This document shows positions 1 to 10,589 of a stretch of 20,000 bases of DNA, one piece after another. Source of the stretch: Chiloscyllium plagiosum. Its lineage: Eukaryota. The stretch spans positions 18,945,711 to 18,965,710 of the forward strand of contig NC_057751.1 in assembly GCF_004010195.1 (NCBI RefSeq), written 5' to 3'. A model generated the notes under the pieces. It ran no database searches. It worked only from the letters and a program-made list of their open reading frames with translations, and had not been told where the DNA came from. A program made the translations under genes and the position numbers. How positions within the stretch are numbered: the stretch's first letter is position 1; every line of letters begins with the position of its first letter.

Positions 1-18
1 TCTTTTTGCTTAAATAAG

Positions 19-716
19 ATGGCGGTGCAGAATCGGGTAATATGTTGTACCTGTATGATGTGGGACCTTGAAGACACCATTTTGGCTCTTACTGACCACA
101 TCTGCAGCAAGTGCTGATTGCTAGTGGAACTGTGGTTCAGATTTGATGAGCTGGGGTCTTTGCTTCGAATTCTTTGAGTGGGAGAATTACATGGGTGCTG
201 CATTTCGAGAGGATGCACACCTCTTCGATTAGTTCAGTCAGTGATCAAGGATGGAGGTTATGACCATAGCCGAGGAAGGTAGAGGGATCCGTGAAGTTAG
301 CAATTAAGGAGTCTGAGCCCTTGACCGTATTTTGCAGGTTTCAAATTCTTGCTCCGTCTGTGGATGAGAGAAGGGGGCTGTAAGGAAGAGGTGAAAAGTA
401 ACCAAATGGCCGTTCTACAGGAACTATTTAAGATAGGAAACAAAAGAGAAATGTACTTGTAATCAGGGATAGTATAGTCAGGGGTATAGACACAATAGCC
501 AGGATCAAGAATCCTGAAGCTATGTTTCCTGCTGGTGCCTCATTCAAGGGCACCTTATCTGGGTTGCAAAGGCACACAGGGTGGAATGGGAAAGACACAT
601 TTATCGAGGCCAGTTAGATACCACCAATGCAATTAGAGAGACAGGGAAGAGATTCTGTTGAGGGAGTATGAGGCATTAGTACGCTATGTGAAAAAAGCAG
701 AACCAAAAGGGTAACT
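19..716 (+). mobile_element. CR1-clade LINE ORF1 remnant (zinc finger/leucine zipper plus SGNH/GDSL-esterase-like domain), decayed
   Basis: Manual translation from ATG at 19 gives MAVQNRVICCTCMMWDLEDTILALTDHICSKC*LLVELWFRFDEL (CxxC...CxxC followed by a zipper-like run). Around 445-495 it reads KRNVLVIRDSIVRGIDT, matching the GDS(I/L)VRG esterase block of CR1 ORF1. Stops and frameshifts are present. Confidence 0.8.
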
Positions 717-1212
717 TTGAACAGTGCAGCACAGTACAGGCCTTTTGACCGTCGATATTGTCCTGACTTTTTATCATACTCTAAGATCAGAAAAGAATGC
801 ATACCCTTCATCGTGCTATCTTCTTATTGCCTTTCCAAGAGTCATTTAAATGTCCGTAATGTATCTGACTCGACTACCACTAATGACACTAACCACTCTC
901 TTTGAAGTGAACCTACTACTGACATCTCTTCTAAACATTCCTCCAATTAAGTTAAAATTACGGGCTTCGTGATAGACATTTCCGCGGTGGGAGAAAATAT
1001 CTCTGGTTATCCAGTCTGTCTAAACGTCTCAACAACATGTCCACCACTAAATCGTCACGCCTCATCCTTCTTCACCCCAATGATAAAGACCCTACCTCCC
1101 TCAAGCATTGTTTAGAAGAAATGTTCTTCATTTTCAGTAAGTCTTTCCTACATCCTCTCTAAAGCTTCCACATCTTCACTATAATGAGGCGAACAGAACT
1201 GAACACAATGTA
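717..1212 (-). mobile_element. CR1 LINE 3' fragment (old, diverged)
   Basis: Begins with the reverse complement of the CR1 3' terminal motif (acagtgcagcacagtacaggcctttt..gtcgatattg). It resembles the other minus-strand 3' ends in the window (aaagcttccacatcttc.ctataa; acagaactgaacacaat). Confidence 0.7.
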
Positions 1213-1317
1213 ACATAGAACATAGAATATTACATTGTTCTATGTTCCGCCCTCGATGTTGCGCTGACCTGTGAAATCTATCTGAAACCCATCTGATCTT
1301 TCGATTCCATTCTCGTA
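1213..1317 (-). mobile_element. CR1 3' tail/3'UTR, left piece of an element that continues at 2391
   Basis: A (catagaa)2 tail followed by ccctcgatgttgcgctgacctgtgaaa. This is the reverse complement of the + strand tail at 5880-5940 (tttcgcaggtcggctctacatcgagggc...gttctatgttctatg). Confidence 0.75.
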
Positions 1318-2390
1318 ATACAGGGAGAACTAGCCATTTGGATACAGAACTGGCTCAAAGGTAGAAGACAAAGGGTGGTGGTGGAGGATTGCTTTTCAGA
1401 CTGGAGGCCTGTGACCAATGAAGTGCCACAAGGATCAGTGCTGGTCCCTCCACTTTTTGCCATTTACATAAATGATTTGGATGCGAGCATAAGAGGTACA
1501 GTGGACAGCAAAGAGGGTTACCTCAGATTACAACAGGATCTGGATCAGATGGGCCAACGAGCTGAGAATTGGCAGATAGAGTTTAATTCAGATAAATGCG
1601 AGGTGCTGCATTTTGGGAAAGTAAATCTTAGCAGGACTTATATACTTAATGGTAAGGTCCGAGGGAGTGTTGCTGAACAAAGGTACCTTGGAGAGCAGGT
1701 TCATAGCTCCTTGAAAGTGGAGTCGCAGGTAGATGGGATAGTGAAGAAAGCGTTTGGTATGCTTTCCTTTATTGGTCAGAGTATTGAGTACAGGAGTTGG
1801 GAGGTCATGTTGCAGCTGTACAGGACATTGGTTAGGCCACTATTGGAATATTGCGTGCAATTTTGGTCTCCTTTCTATCGGAAAGATGTCGTGAAACTAG
1901 AAAGGGTTCAGAAACGATTTACAAGGATGTTGCCAATGTTGGAGGATTTGACCCATAGGGAGAGGCTGAATAGGCTGAGGCTGTTTTCCCTGGAGCGTCG
2001 GAGGCTGAGGGGAGACCTAATAGAGGTTTACAAAATTATGAGGGGCATGGATAAGATAAATAGCAAAGTCTTTTCCCTGGGGTCGGGGAGTCCAGAACTA
2101 GAGGGCATAGGTTTACGGTGAGAGGGAAACGATATAAAAGAACCCCTACGGGGCAACCTTTTCACGCAGAGGGTGGTACGTGTATGGAATGCGCTGCCAG
2201 AGGATGTGGTGGAGGCTGGTATAATTGCAACATTTAAGAGGCATTTGGATGGGTATATGTATAGGAAGGATTTGGAGGGATATGGGCCGTGTGCTGGCAG
2301 GTGGGACTAGATTGGGTTGGGATATCTGGTCGGCATGGACGGGTTGGACCGAAGGGTCTGTTTCCGTGCTGTACATCTCTATGACTCTAT
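1318..2390 (+). mobile_element. 5'-truncated CR1 (HER1-like) LINE: RT C-terminal part, 3'UTR and tail
   Basis: ORF 1375-2121 contains VPQGSVL, YINDLD, FNSDKCEVLHFG, LVRPLLEYCVQFWSP and ERRRLRGDLIEVYKIM. It ends in gaccgaagggtctgtttccgtgctgtacatctctatgactctat, the CR1 terminal motif plus tail. Confidence 0.95.
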
Positions 2391-3978
2391 ATGCCTACCT
2401 ATTGACCATTTAAATGCCCGTAAATTTGGCGAATCTGCAACTGTTGCAGGCAGTGTGTTCCATGCCTCGACTACGCTCTGTGTAAAGACATTATCTCTAA
2501 AATCTCTCCTTTATAAATCACACCTCAATTTGAAGCTATGCTTTCTCGTGCTAGCCATCCACTGTTCTAGGAAAAAATGCCTCTCACAACCTCTGATTGT
2601 TTTGTATGTCTCACTTAAGTGACCTTTCAATCTTCTTCTCTCTAATAAAAACAGTCTCAAATCCTTCAAACTTTTCTCGATAGACATTCCCTCCATACCA
2701 GGCAACATCCGATTAAATCTCATCTGAACCCATTTCAAAGCTTCCACATCCTTCCTATAAGCGGTTAACAGATCTGCACACAATACTCCAAGTGCTTCCG
2801 CACCAGAGTTTTGTACAATTGTAACATATCCTCTTTGTTCTGACCTCGATCGCTCTGCTAATTAAAGCTAACACACATTGTGACTTCTTAACACCCCTAT
2901 CAGTCAGGATAGTAACTTTGAGGGATTTATGAACATGCACACCAAGATCTCTCTGCTCATCTACATTCTCATCAATAATCTTATCATTCTCCCGGCTCTC
3001 TGCATTCCTGTTATTCCTTCTAAAGTGAATCACCTCACGTTTTCCTACATTAAATTGCATTTGTCACCTCTCATCCCAGATCTGCAGCTTATCTATGTCT
3101 CTCAGTCACTTACAAAATGCTTCGGCACAATTCACAACTCACTGACCTTAGTGTCATCTGAAATTTACTAAACCATCCTTTCACGCTCTCTTCTATAAAA
3201 AATGACAAGCAGCAATGGACTCAAAACAGATCCTTGCACTACCCCACTAGCAACTAAACTGCACAGTGAACATTTAACATCAATAAACACCCTCTGTCTT
3301 CTTTCATCTAGTCGACTTCTGATCCAAACCCCTCAGTCCGATGCCTCCGTTTTTGTGCAGTAGCCTGCCGTGGGGAATCTTATCAAACCCCTTATTAAAT
3401 CCATATATACCACATAAACCACTTTGCCCTCATCTACCTGTTTGGTCATCTTCTGAAAGAAATTAATATGATTTATGAGGCACGAAATTCCCTTCACAAT
3501 ACCATGCTAATTATCCCTAATCAAGCTTTTCCTTTCCAGATGTTTATAAATCCTATTTCGTATAACCTTTTTCCAACACTTGACAAACAACCGAGATAAG
3601 GTTGACTGGTCTATAATTACCAGGATTGTCTCTATTCCCCTTCTTGAGCAAGGGAACAACATTTGCTGTCTTCCAGTCTACTGATGCCATTCCTGGAGAC
3701 AATGACGACATAAAGATCAAATTCAAGGCTCGGAAATCCCCTCCCTGGCTTCCCAGAGAATCATCGGATAGGTCCCATTCTACCCATGGGATTTAGCAGT
3801 TTTCACACCTTCCAGAATTTCTGACACCTCGTCCTTGTGAACCTCAATCCTATTTAGTCCATTAACCTGTTTCACAGTATTCTCCTCGACAACATTGTCT
3901 TTTTACAGTGTGATTGCTGATGAAAAATATTTGTTTAACGCTTCCCAAATCTCCTCAGACGCCATGCACAATATTCCA
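2391..3978 (-). mobile_element. CR1 LINE ORF2 (RT) fragment, decayed; continuation of 1213-1317
   Basis: Minus ORFs 2511-2783 (YRKDVEALKWVQMRFNRMLPGM...ERRRLKG) and 2755-3060 (FNVGKREVIHF; EQRDLGVHVHKSLK). A degenerate ISDDT RT motif lies near 3150-3165. Confidence 0.9.
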
Positions 3979-5580
3979 AGTGTGATTAAACCAGGGCTCT
4001 ATGGAGATGCAGCATAACATCTTGGCTAAGAAACTCAATCTCCACCACCACTAATGAAAGCAAATACACCGTACGCCTTCTTAACAATGCCATCAACCAG
4101 GTCAGTAAGATCCCTCTGTTTCTCCACACTACCAAGATTTCTGCATTTAACAGTGTGCTCTGCGTTCAAATTCGAAAATGCAAAGTGAATCACTTCGTGC
4201 TTTTCTAGGTTGAACTCTATCTGCCACATCTCAGCCCAGCTGCACATCCTGTGAATGCCCCGTTGCAAACTATATCATCCATCCACACTGTCCACAACTC
4301 CATGAAACTTCGTGTCATTGGCAAAGCCTTCCATTTCCTCATCTGAGTCATTTATAAAAATCACAAAGCGTAGAAAGCCCAGAGCCGATCATTGCTGAAC
4401 ACAACTGTAACTGAGCTCCAGGCTGAATACTTTGCATCTACCAGCACCCTCTGTCTTCTGTAGGCCAGCCAATTCTGTATCCAGACAGACAGGTTTCCCT
4501 GCATCCCAATGCCTCCTTACTTACTGAAGAAGTCGACATCAGGAACCTTGCCAAACGCATTGCTAAAATCCATGTACACCACATCGACTATTCTGCCTTC
4601 TTCAGCTGTTTTGTCACATCCTCAAAGAATTCAAGAAGGCATGTGATGCATGATCTGCCCCTCACAAAGGCATGCTGACCATCGCTCATCAAACTGTGGT
4701 TTTCCAATTAATCATAAATCCTGTCTCTCGGAATTCTTTCCAAGATTTTGCCCATCACAGACATAAGACTGACTGATGTGTAATTCCCAGGAATTTCCCC
4801 ATTCCCTTTCTTGAACAAGATAATAACATTTACCACCCTCTAATAACGTGTTCGCACACCAATGGACAGTCAGGATGCAAAGATCATCTTCAAAGTCGCA
4901 GGATCGCTTTACTCACTTCCTGTCATAACCTCGATGGCCCAGGGAATTTATCTATCCGTATGTTTTGCAAATTCTTCGCCAATCCTCCTTCTTAACATCA
5001 ACCTGTTCAAGCCTATCAGTCTGTTTCACGAGGTCCTCTGAGGTACCTCAGAATAGTGAATACTGAAGCCAAATATACATTAAAGACCTCCCCTACTTCC
5101 TCCGACTCCAGGCAAAACTGCCCTCTACTATCCCTGAATGGTCCTACCCTCACTCTGGCCACCCTCTTGTTCCTCAGGTAAGTGTACAACGCCTTAGGAT
5201 TTTCATTCATTCTACCGGCTAAAGCTTTGTCATGCCCCCTTCCAGCTCTCGTAAGCCCATTTATCAGTTCCTTCAGGGTTACATTGTACCCCTCTAAAGC
5301 CCTTAATTTTAAGTAAGTTTCTTCTTTCACTTGATTAGATGCCTGACATCGTTGTCACACAGGTTTCTACCATGCCTTCCTTGCCTTAATGGGACAAGCC
5401 TATGCTGCACTATCAGCAGGTGCTTCCCAAGCAACTTCCACATTGCTGTTGTACGTTTCCCTGAGAACATATGCTCCCAGTTTGGGCGCCCCAGTTTCAG
5501 CTTAATTGCATGATAATTCCCCCTTCCTCAATTAAATACATCCCCATAGTACTAGCTCTGACTCTTCTCTTTGATCATAA
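3979..5580 (-). mobile_element. Separate CR1 LINE ORF2 fragment (linker plus RT), decayed, no 3' tail visible
   Basis: Minus ORFs 4035-4268 (WAEMWQIEFNLEKHEVIHF...GIVKKAYGVFAFI) and 5016-5330 (LAGRMNENPKALYTY...ESEEVGEVFNVYLASVFT). It repeats ORF2 segments already covered by 2391-3978, so it is a different copy. Confidence 0.9.
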
Positions 5581-6440
5581 GAAAGGTCAATACTTGACTG
5601 AGGATGGTGTACTTAAATGCATGCAGTATACGAAACGAGGTAAATGAGATTGTAGCAAAGATTGAAATTGATAGATATAATTTCGTGAGTATCAGAGAGA
5701 CATTGCTCAAACAGGATGAGGGTTCAGAACTAAATTTCCTAGGGTATGCATTCTATGGAAAGGACAACCAATTTGACAGAGATGGTCGGCTTGCCTTGTT
5801 AGTGTGAAAGGACACTGATCGAAGAAGTGGATAAACGTATGGATGATAATGGAATAGTGCAGGACAGAAGGGCAGCAGCTTAGTTTCGCAGGTCGGCTCT
5901 ACATCGAGGGCTGATGTTCTATGTTCTATGTTACATATTCTATATACAGTTGGAAGGCTAGGAGACTGTATATGTGTAGCTGAGACTGAAAAAAAACATG
6001 TAAGAGTGGCACTATTATTTTTATCATAGGGACTTCAATTTGGTAGACAGGGAAAATTGGTTTGACAGTGGATCCTAAGAAAAGGAATTCGTAGAATGCT
6101 CACCGTTTTTTTTTTGCAGTAACTACTCGCAGAGCACACGAAGAAACAGGCAATTGTGGATTCCGTGATGTATCATGAAGCAGTCTTGAGTAGGTACCTT
6201 AACATGAACAAATTCGCCGGAGCAGTCGCCAAAATATGATAGAATTTACCCCGAAGTTTGAGAAGGCGAAATTATACTCAGATGCAACTCTTTTATAATT
6301 GAGTGAAATTAAAAATAAGGACATAAGGAAGGAGCTAGCCAAAATTGATTGGAATGTGAAGCTTCTGGGGAAAATGGTCGAGTTTCAGTGATGGGATTTT
6401 CTGTGGTAATTTGGGAAGCACAGCAGAAATTCATCCCATA
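5581..6440 (+). mobile_element. CR1 ORF2 N-terminal APE endonuclease remnant, interrupted by a short insertion
   Basis: ORF 5604-5807 MVYLNACSIRNEVNE...VSIRETLL...GYAFYGKD matches the CR1 EN motifs YxNARS and ITETWL. IIGDFN (atcatagggacttcaat) lies at about 6023-6040 and a PTREQAILD-like segment at about 6130-6165. Confidence 0.85.
5815..5944 (+). mobile_element. Very short CR1 3' end (UTR plus (ttctatg)n tail)
   Basis: ggataaacgtatggatgataatggaatagtg...caggtcggctctacatcgagggc followed by gttctatgttctatgttacatattctat. Same tail type as 11040-11124. Confidence 0.8.
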
Positions 6441-7179
6441 GACACCAAATTAACCACTCGATCAGATGCTAAGAGGAAAACTGTGGATCTGTACCTTAAT
6501 GACTTTTTTCATGTTATTGCAGTAACTATTTGTATTTGACCTGCGTCTAAATTTACTCTCCCCGATTTCTACATATTATCAAGACTTCTGACACCGTTTA
6601 TTTTATGAAAAACAGGAATAACAATTCACTCCAATGAAAAAGCACCAAATAAAATTCGAAGAATGTCATGATAAAAATTCAGAAAGCTACAAACTAACAA
6701 CCTGAATGATTAGCCAAAATTCCCCCCTTTCCCCCAAGCCAGTATTTCAATTTGACAGACAGGACTAAATGTTGAAAATGGAGCATAGATGTTAGGTTAA
6801 AGATAGAAAGATGGGTAGATATGTTGCTGGGTTTAGAATATTTGAGTCACAGGCTTCGATCTCCAGATGTGCTAAACCCCTCTGAGCAACACTATGACAG
6901 TTTGGTGAGAAAAGAGCTGCAACCTTTGAACAAGTTAGTGAGTTGGGTTGGTTTCTTCTTCTCAGCAACCTCCTCCCATTGACCTACCAATCTGATTCGC
7001 TCATCCAACGCTGCTTGCCAAAAACGGTTTTCCAGTTCGACCTTTACTCTCCCTTTACAGGCACTCTCCCTTTAGCTTATACCAATCGCGCAATCAGAGC
7101 GTGTCTTCTCTCCAGCAGCAATTCCTCCAGCCAGAGACTCCAAAGAGATGATTTATTATCGAGGACATGGCCTGGGGGT

Positions 7180-7260
7180 TAAATTATGATCGAACATGAT
7201 CGTGTTATATGGTGTAGCAGACTCGAATAACCTGGTGGCATATTTTTGGTCCTTGTTCAG
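7180..7260 (+). mobile_element. Highly decayed CR1/L2-type 3' terminal remnant
   Basis: gatcgaacatgatcgtgttatatggtgtagcagactcgaataacctggtggcata resembles, from memory, a gatcagccatgatc...aatggcggagcaggctcga...aatggccta LINE 3' end. Weak. Confidence 0.4.
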
Positions 7261-7844
7261 CGAAATGTCGAATTTGTTATATCTCTCTTACAATCTATCT
7301 TTGCGTTCCTGACATTGCCAATCTGAAAAAAAGGCAAAACTTCTCCCAGGCACTGAATGTGCAAAGCAAGACTGATGCCTGATTTTCCATACTGTGAGGA
7401 AATCATAACACAGTTCAGTAGATCAAATTCCCAGTTACTTCTTTATCTAATGAAACCACAGATATGGCTATCTGGAATTCTAATGGCATTTCACGCCATT
7501 ACGCATTTTGTAGCAACAACCTGCCCAAGGCGCCACGGTAGTCCAGTATTGAATCTTTCCATTAACAATTTATTTTGGAGTAAATGTCATTTTAACTCCT
7601 GCTTTGAATGGAAACAAGAAAATTCACCAATTATAGGGGTAGATCAAACAAAATAAATCCTCCTTTCCCTGCTGTACTAAATTTTCTTTAATGCCAGATT
7701 TTCCATTGAACAGTGGTTTCATGAAATAGGCTAGACTCATATTATTCTGGAAATAGGAAAACCTGCCTATCATGTAGACTGGTTTACCCCGGGAAAAGGA
7801 GGAATTGAGGACTGCGGATGCTGTATGGCTGATTAAGTGGTTAT

Positions 7845-7857
7845 GAAAGAACAGTCA
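7845..7857 (+). repeat. Left target-site duplication of the L1 insertion (gaaagaacagtca)
   Basis: Identical 13-mer at 8778-8790. Confidence 0.95.
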
Positions 7858-8777
7858 GTATCGGGAGATATGGATAATCTGCTTAAAACATGGGATCAGG
7901 ATTTGGGGCTAGAAATCTCTATAGAAACGTGGAATGATATTTGGCAAAACGCTAGAAGAATTACTATCTGTAACATAACCCAGGCTATCCAGCTGAAGAT
8001 ACTTCATAGGGCCCATATAGCACCGGTTCAATTGGCAAAATTTAAGGCAGGAGCATCTCCAATGTGTCCCAAAATAGAGGTGGGCACTCTTGTACATTGC
8101 CTATGGACCTGTCATAAGAACCGTAGATATTGGACTAAAGTAGCAAGTACCCTGACAGAAATTTTAGGAATGGAAATTAAAGTGGACTCTGTATCTCTCC
8201 TTTTGGGCTTTTCGAACTTTCCCTCCCTGGACATGTACGGGAAGAGACTATTTTCTATTCTCTCTTTCTGTGCAAGGAAAAATATTTTGGTGAACTGGGT
8301 GGCTGAGGGCCCCCCTGGACTTTCAAATTGGCACAGATTAATTATGGAATGTATTCTCCTTGACTTCCTTACAAATATGGTGCACTGAAAGACCGAATTA
8401 TTTTATAAAATATGGCAGCCCTTCTTGAATTGCATAAATACAGATATTTCGGCTATCCTAACAAGGGCTTTTTTTTAATTGAGATTACAAACCTGGCTGG
8501 TCCAGGGCCCCTTAGGAGAGGAATCCCGCATGAATACGGGTTTTATTACATCTGATGTTAACACATTCCGAGCATGTAAGAGACTTAAATATACAGTCTG
8601 GTTAGTTGTAGGTTAGATTAGTAGACAGTTGAGTTTTGTTTTTTTTTTCTTTTGTTAAATTTTGGCTATTGTATATTTGATTTAATTGTATATCAATGTT
8701 TATATTTGAGAGTTTTGTTTATTTTTGTAAAATTGTAAAAATGTTAAATTTCTAATAAAAATATCTATATAAAAAAA
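7858..8777 (+). mobile_element. 5'-truncated L1-clade (fish-type L1/Tx1-like) retrotransposon: ORF2 C-terminus, T-rich 3'UTR, polyA signal and A tail
   Basis: The ORF reads W..DLG..IS.ETW...IQLKILHRAH..P...CPK..GTLVHCLWTC (zinc-knuckle region). After TGA at 8386 the frame continues KTELFYKIWQPFLN... to TAA at 8476-8478. AATAAA is at 8754-8759, an A tail runs to 8777, and the element is flanked by a 13-bp TSD. Confidence 0.9.
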
Positions 8778-8790
8778 GAAAGAACAGTCA
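8778..8790 (+). repeat. Right target-site duplication of the L1 insertion (gaaagaacagtca)
   Basis: Identical 13-mer at 7845-7857; it directly follows the A tail. Confidence 0.95.
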
Positions 8791-9047
8791 ACACTTCTGC
8801 GCTTCTGATGCTGCCTGACCTGCCATGCTTTTCAAGCGTGACTCGTTTTGTCTCCTTACCCCAGGAAATGTCAATTTAAAGAAAAATTTAAATGCCACTT
8901 TTCAGGTGGTTGACAGATATTTATCACTTGCTGTCAGTATTTGATTCCTCATCAGATTAACTAAATGCAATGTATTTTATAATTTAAATAGTTTAAGTTT
9001 GAGTATCAATACGGGTACTGTTTACTTGATTTGAAACTTGAGAAATA

Positions 9048-9361
9048 CTTAGATTCCCTACAGTGTGGTGACAGGCCCTTCAGCCCAACAAGTCCACACC
9101 GACTCTCTGAAGAGCAACCCACCCAGACCCATTCCCTTACATAAACCTTACAACTAACACTACAGGCAATTTAGCATGGTCAACTCACGTAACCTGCCCA
9201 TCCTTGGATTGTGGGAGGAAACTGGAGCACCCAGAGCAAATCCACACAGACACGGGGAGAATGTGCAAACTCCACACAGACAGCTGCCCGAGGCGGGAAT
9301 TGAACCCGGGTCCCTGGCGCTGTGTGGCAGCAGCGCTAACCGCTGAACGACTGTGCTGCCC
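9048..9361 (-). mobile_element. tRNA-derived V-SINE, elasmobranch HE1-like, near full length
   Basis: The minus strand reads GGGCAGCACAGTCGTTCAGCGGTTAGC (degenerate A box), GGGTTCAATTCCC (B box), the V-domain TGTGTGGAGTTTGCACATTCTCCCCGTGTCTG...GGGTGCTCCAGTTTCCTCCCACA, and a LINE-like 3' end GGGCTGAAGGGCCTGT..ACACTGTAGGGAATCT. Confidence 0.92.
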
Positions 9362-10589
9362 TGCATTTGCGAGACCTGGACCAAATTCAAAATGTAGCTC
9401 TGTATTTATGATTGATCTGGCATTCATCTGTGCTGTCTCACAGCATCAAGTTATTCAAGACGGAAATTAGGAATTGTTTTCAGGCAGAGGAGAGGGCCAG
9501 AATGAAGGCTTACAGACATTTAAGACATCATGAGGGACCCAGACCCATCATATAGGGTGATCTGTCCCAATTGGAAGAATAAACGTGTTCGACAGGGTTT
9601 GAAAAAAAAAGCAAATGCAACATAGGAAAGCATGTTTTAACGGGCGAGTCATTTGGAATTTACATGTTGTACATAGAAGCGTGATGGCGAGAAATTCAAC
9701 TGAAGGATTGAACTGGGCATCAGATGATTATTTAAATAGAAACAATTACCACGGTTATAGTGAAGAGGCAGGATTGCGATATTAACTAAACTTTCCCAGT
9801 GAGCCTTTGAATCCTGGGATGACTGGACCCCTTTCGCATTGTCAGGATGATTTTGTGGTTTCACAAAGCTGGGAATTATTCTTCCTCAGAAAAGATTTTA
9901 AAGAATTCTGCAATGGATCCACTAATCAGGATTATTTCAAAATGCCCTAATATTATTACAATTGCATTTGTATTAACTTTCATCATTGATCTACAAGGAA
10001 AAAAATAGAGATAGGAAACAAAAAATAATTGTTAAAACATGTGAGACTGCTGAACATAAACGAATCCTCAGATGTTCGTCAATCACATCCAACATTGCAA
10101 GGCTCCCAATCAAACAATCGAGTTAACTTGCTACTGCTAAACTCAAAGGAATATTTATGAGAAGATGTTATGCCGGCAGTGATTTTAAGAACAAATCTAA
10201 TGGTGTCTTATATTATTCGGTCATGAAACCCGACTCGTTGTTGACATTTGTAAAGTTGGGGATTTACAAAAAGACTGTTCCTGAGGTTTAGTAATAAGTA
10301 AACCTTTCAAAAATGATCAAAAGATGCTAAAAGTATGACGAAAAAAGGTAAACTTACATAGGCCTAACTTTAGTTTAATTAACTGGATTTGAATAACAAA
10401 AACATAAGTTTTGAAATGGAGCACGGATTTTCATTTAGATTATTTCTGAATTGTGGGACATTTTCAGATATTCGCGTCTGATTCTCCTTGAAAAGAACTC
10501 CCATTACAAGGGATATAAAATAAGGCGGTGTCCCATTTTCTTGTTACTTGCTTCATTTTGCATTTAATTACCGTATGTGTCTGAGCAAC

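Larger units (their letters stand above)
7800..8855. mobile_element. Decayed, internally collapsed Penelope-type terminal-repeat remnant (7800-7857 plus 8791-8855) hosting the L1 insertion
   Basis: gactgcggatgctg...gtggttatgaaagaacag resembles 14729-14781 (gactgcagatgctgg...ggtgctggaagagcacag). tgatgctgcctgacctgccatgcttttcaagc resembles 15848-15880 (gatgctgcctgaattgctgtgctcttccagc). Confidence 0.6.

Noticed and set aside
1375..2121. 248-aa RT-like ORF as an active or domesticated gene
   Set aside because: 5'-truncated, lacks FADD, frameshifted near the C-terminus, and ends in an ordinary CR1 tail.
6500..6560. Acceptor-like ttttttcatgttattgcag as a second GPCR exon
   Set aside because: Downstream sequence shows no GPCR-like translation and has early stops.
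7357..7656. 99-aa ORF MCKARLMPDF...
   Set aside because: No recognisable motif or splice context; length is compatible with chance.
9285..9361. tRNA-like A/B boxes on the minus strand
   Set aside because: This is the SINE head: it continues into the V-domain and LINE-like tail, and I could not form a proper cloverleaf.
9160..9470. Three overlapping short ORFs
   Set aside because: They are translations of the V-SINE sequence.
9649..9864. 71-aa minus-strand ORF in non-repeat DNA
   Set aside because: No recognisable homology or exon signals.
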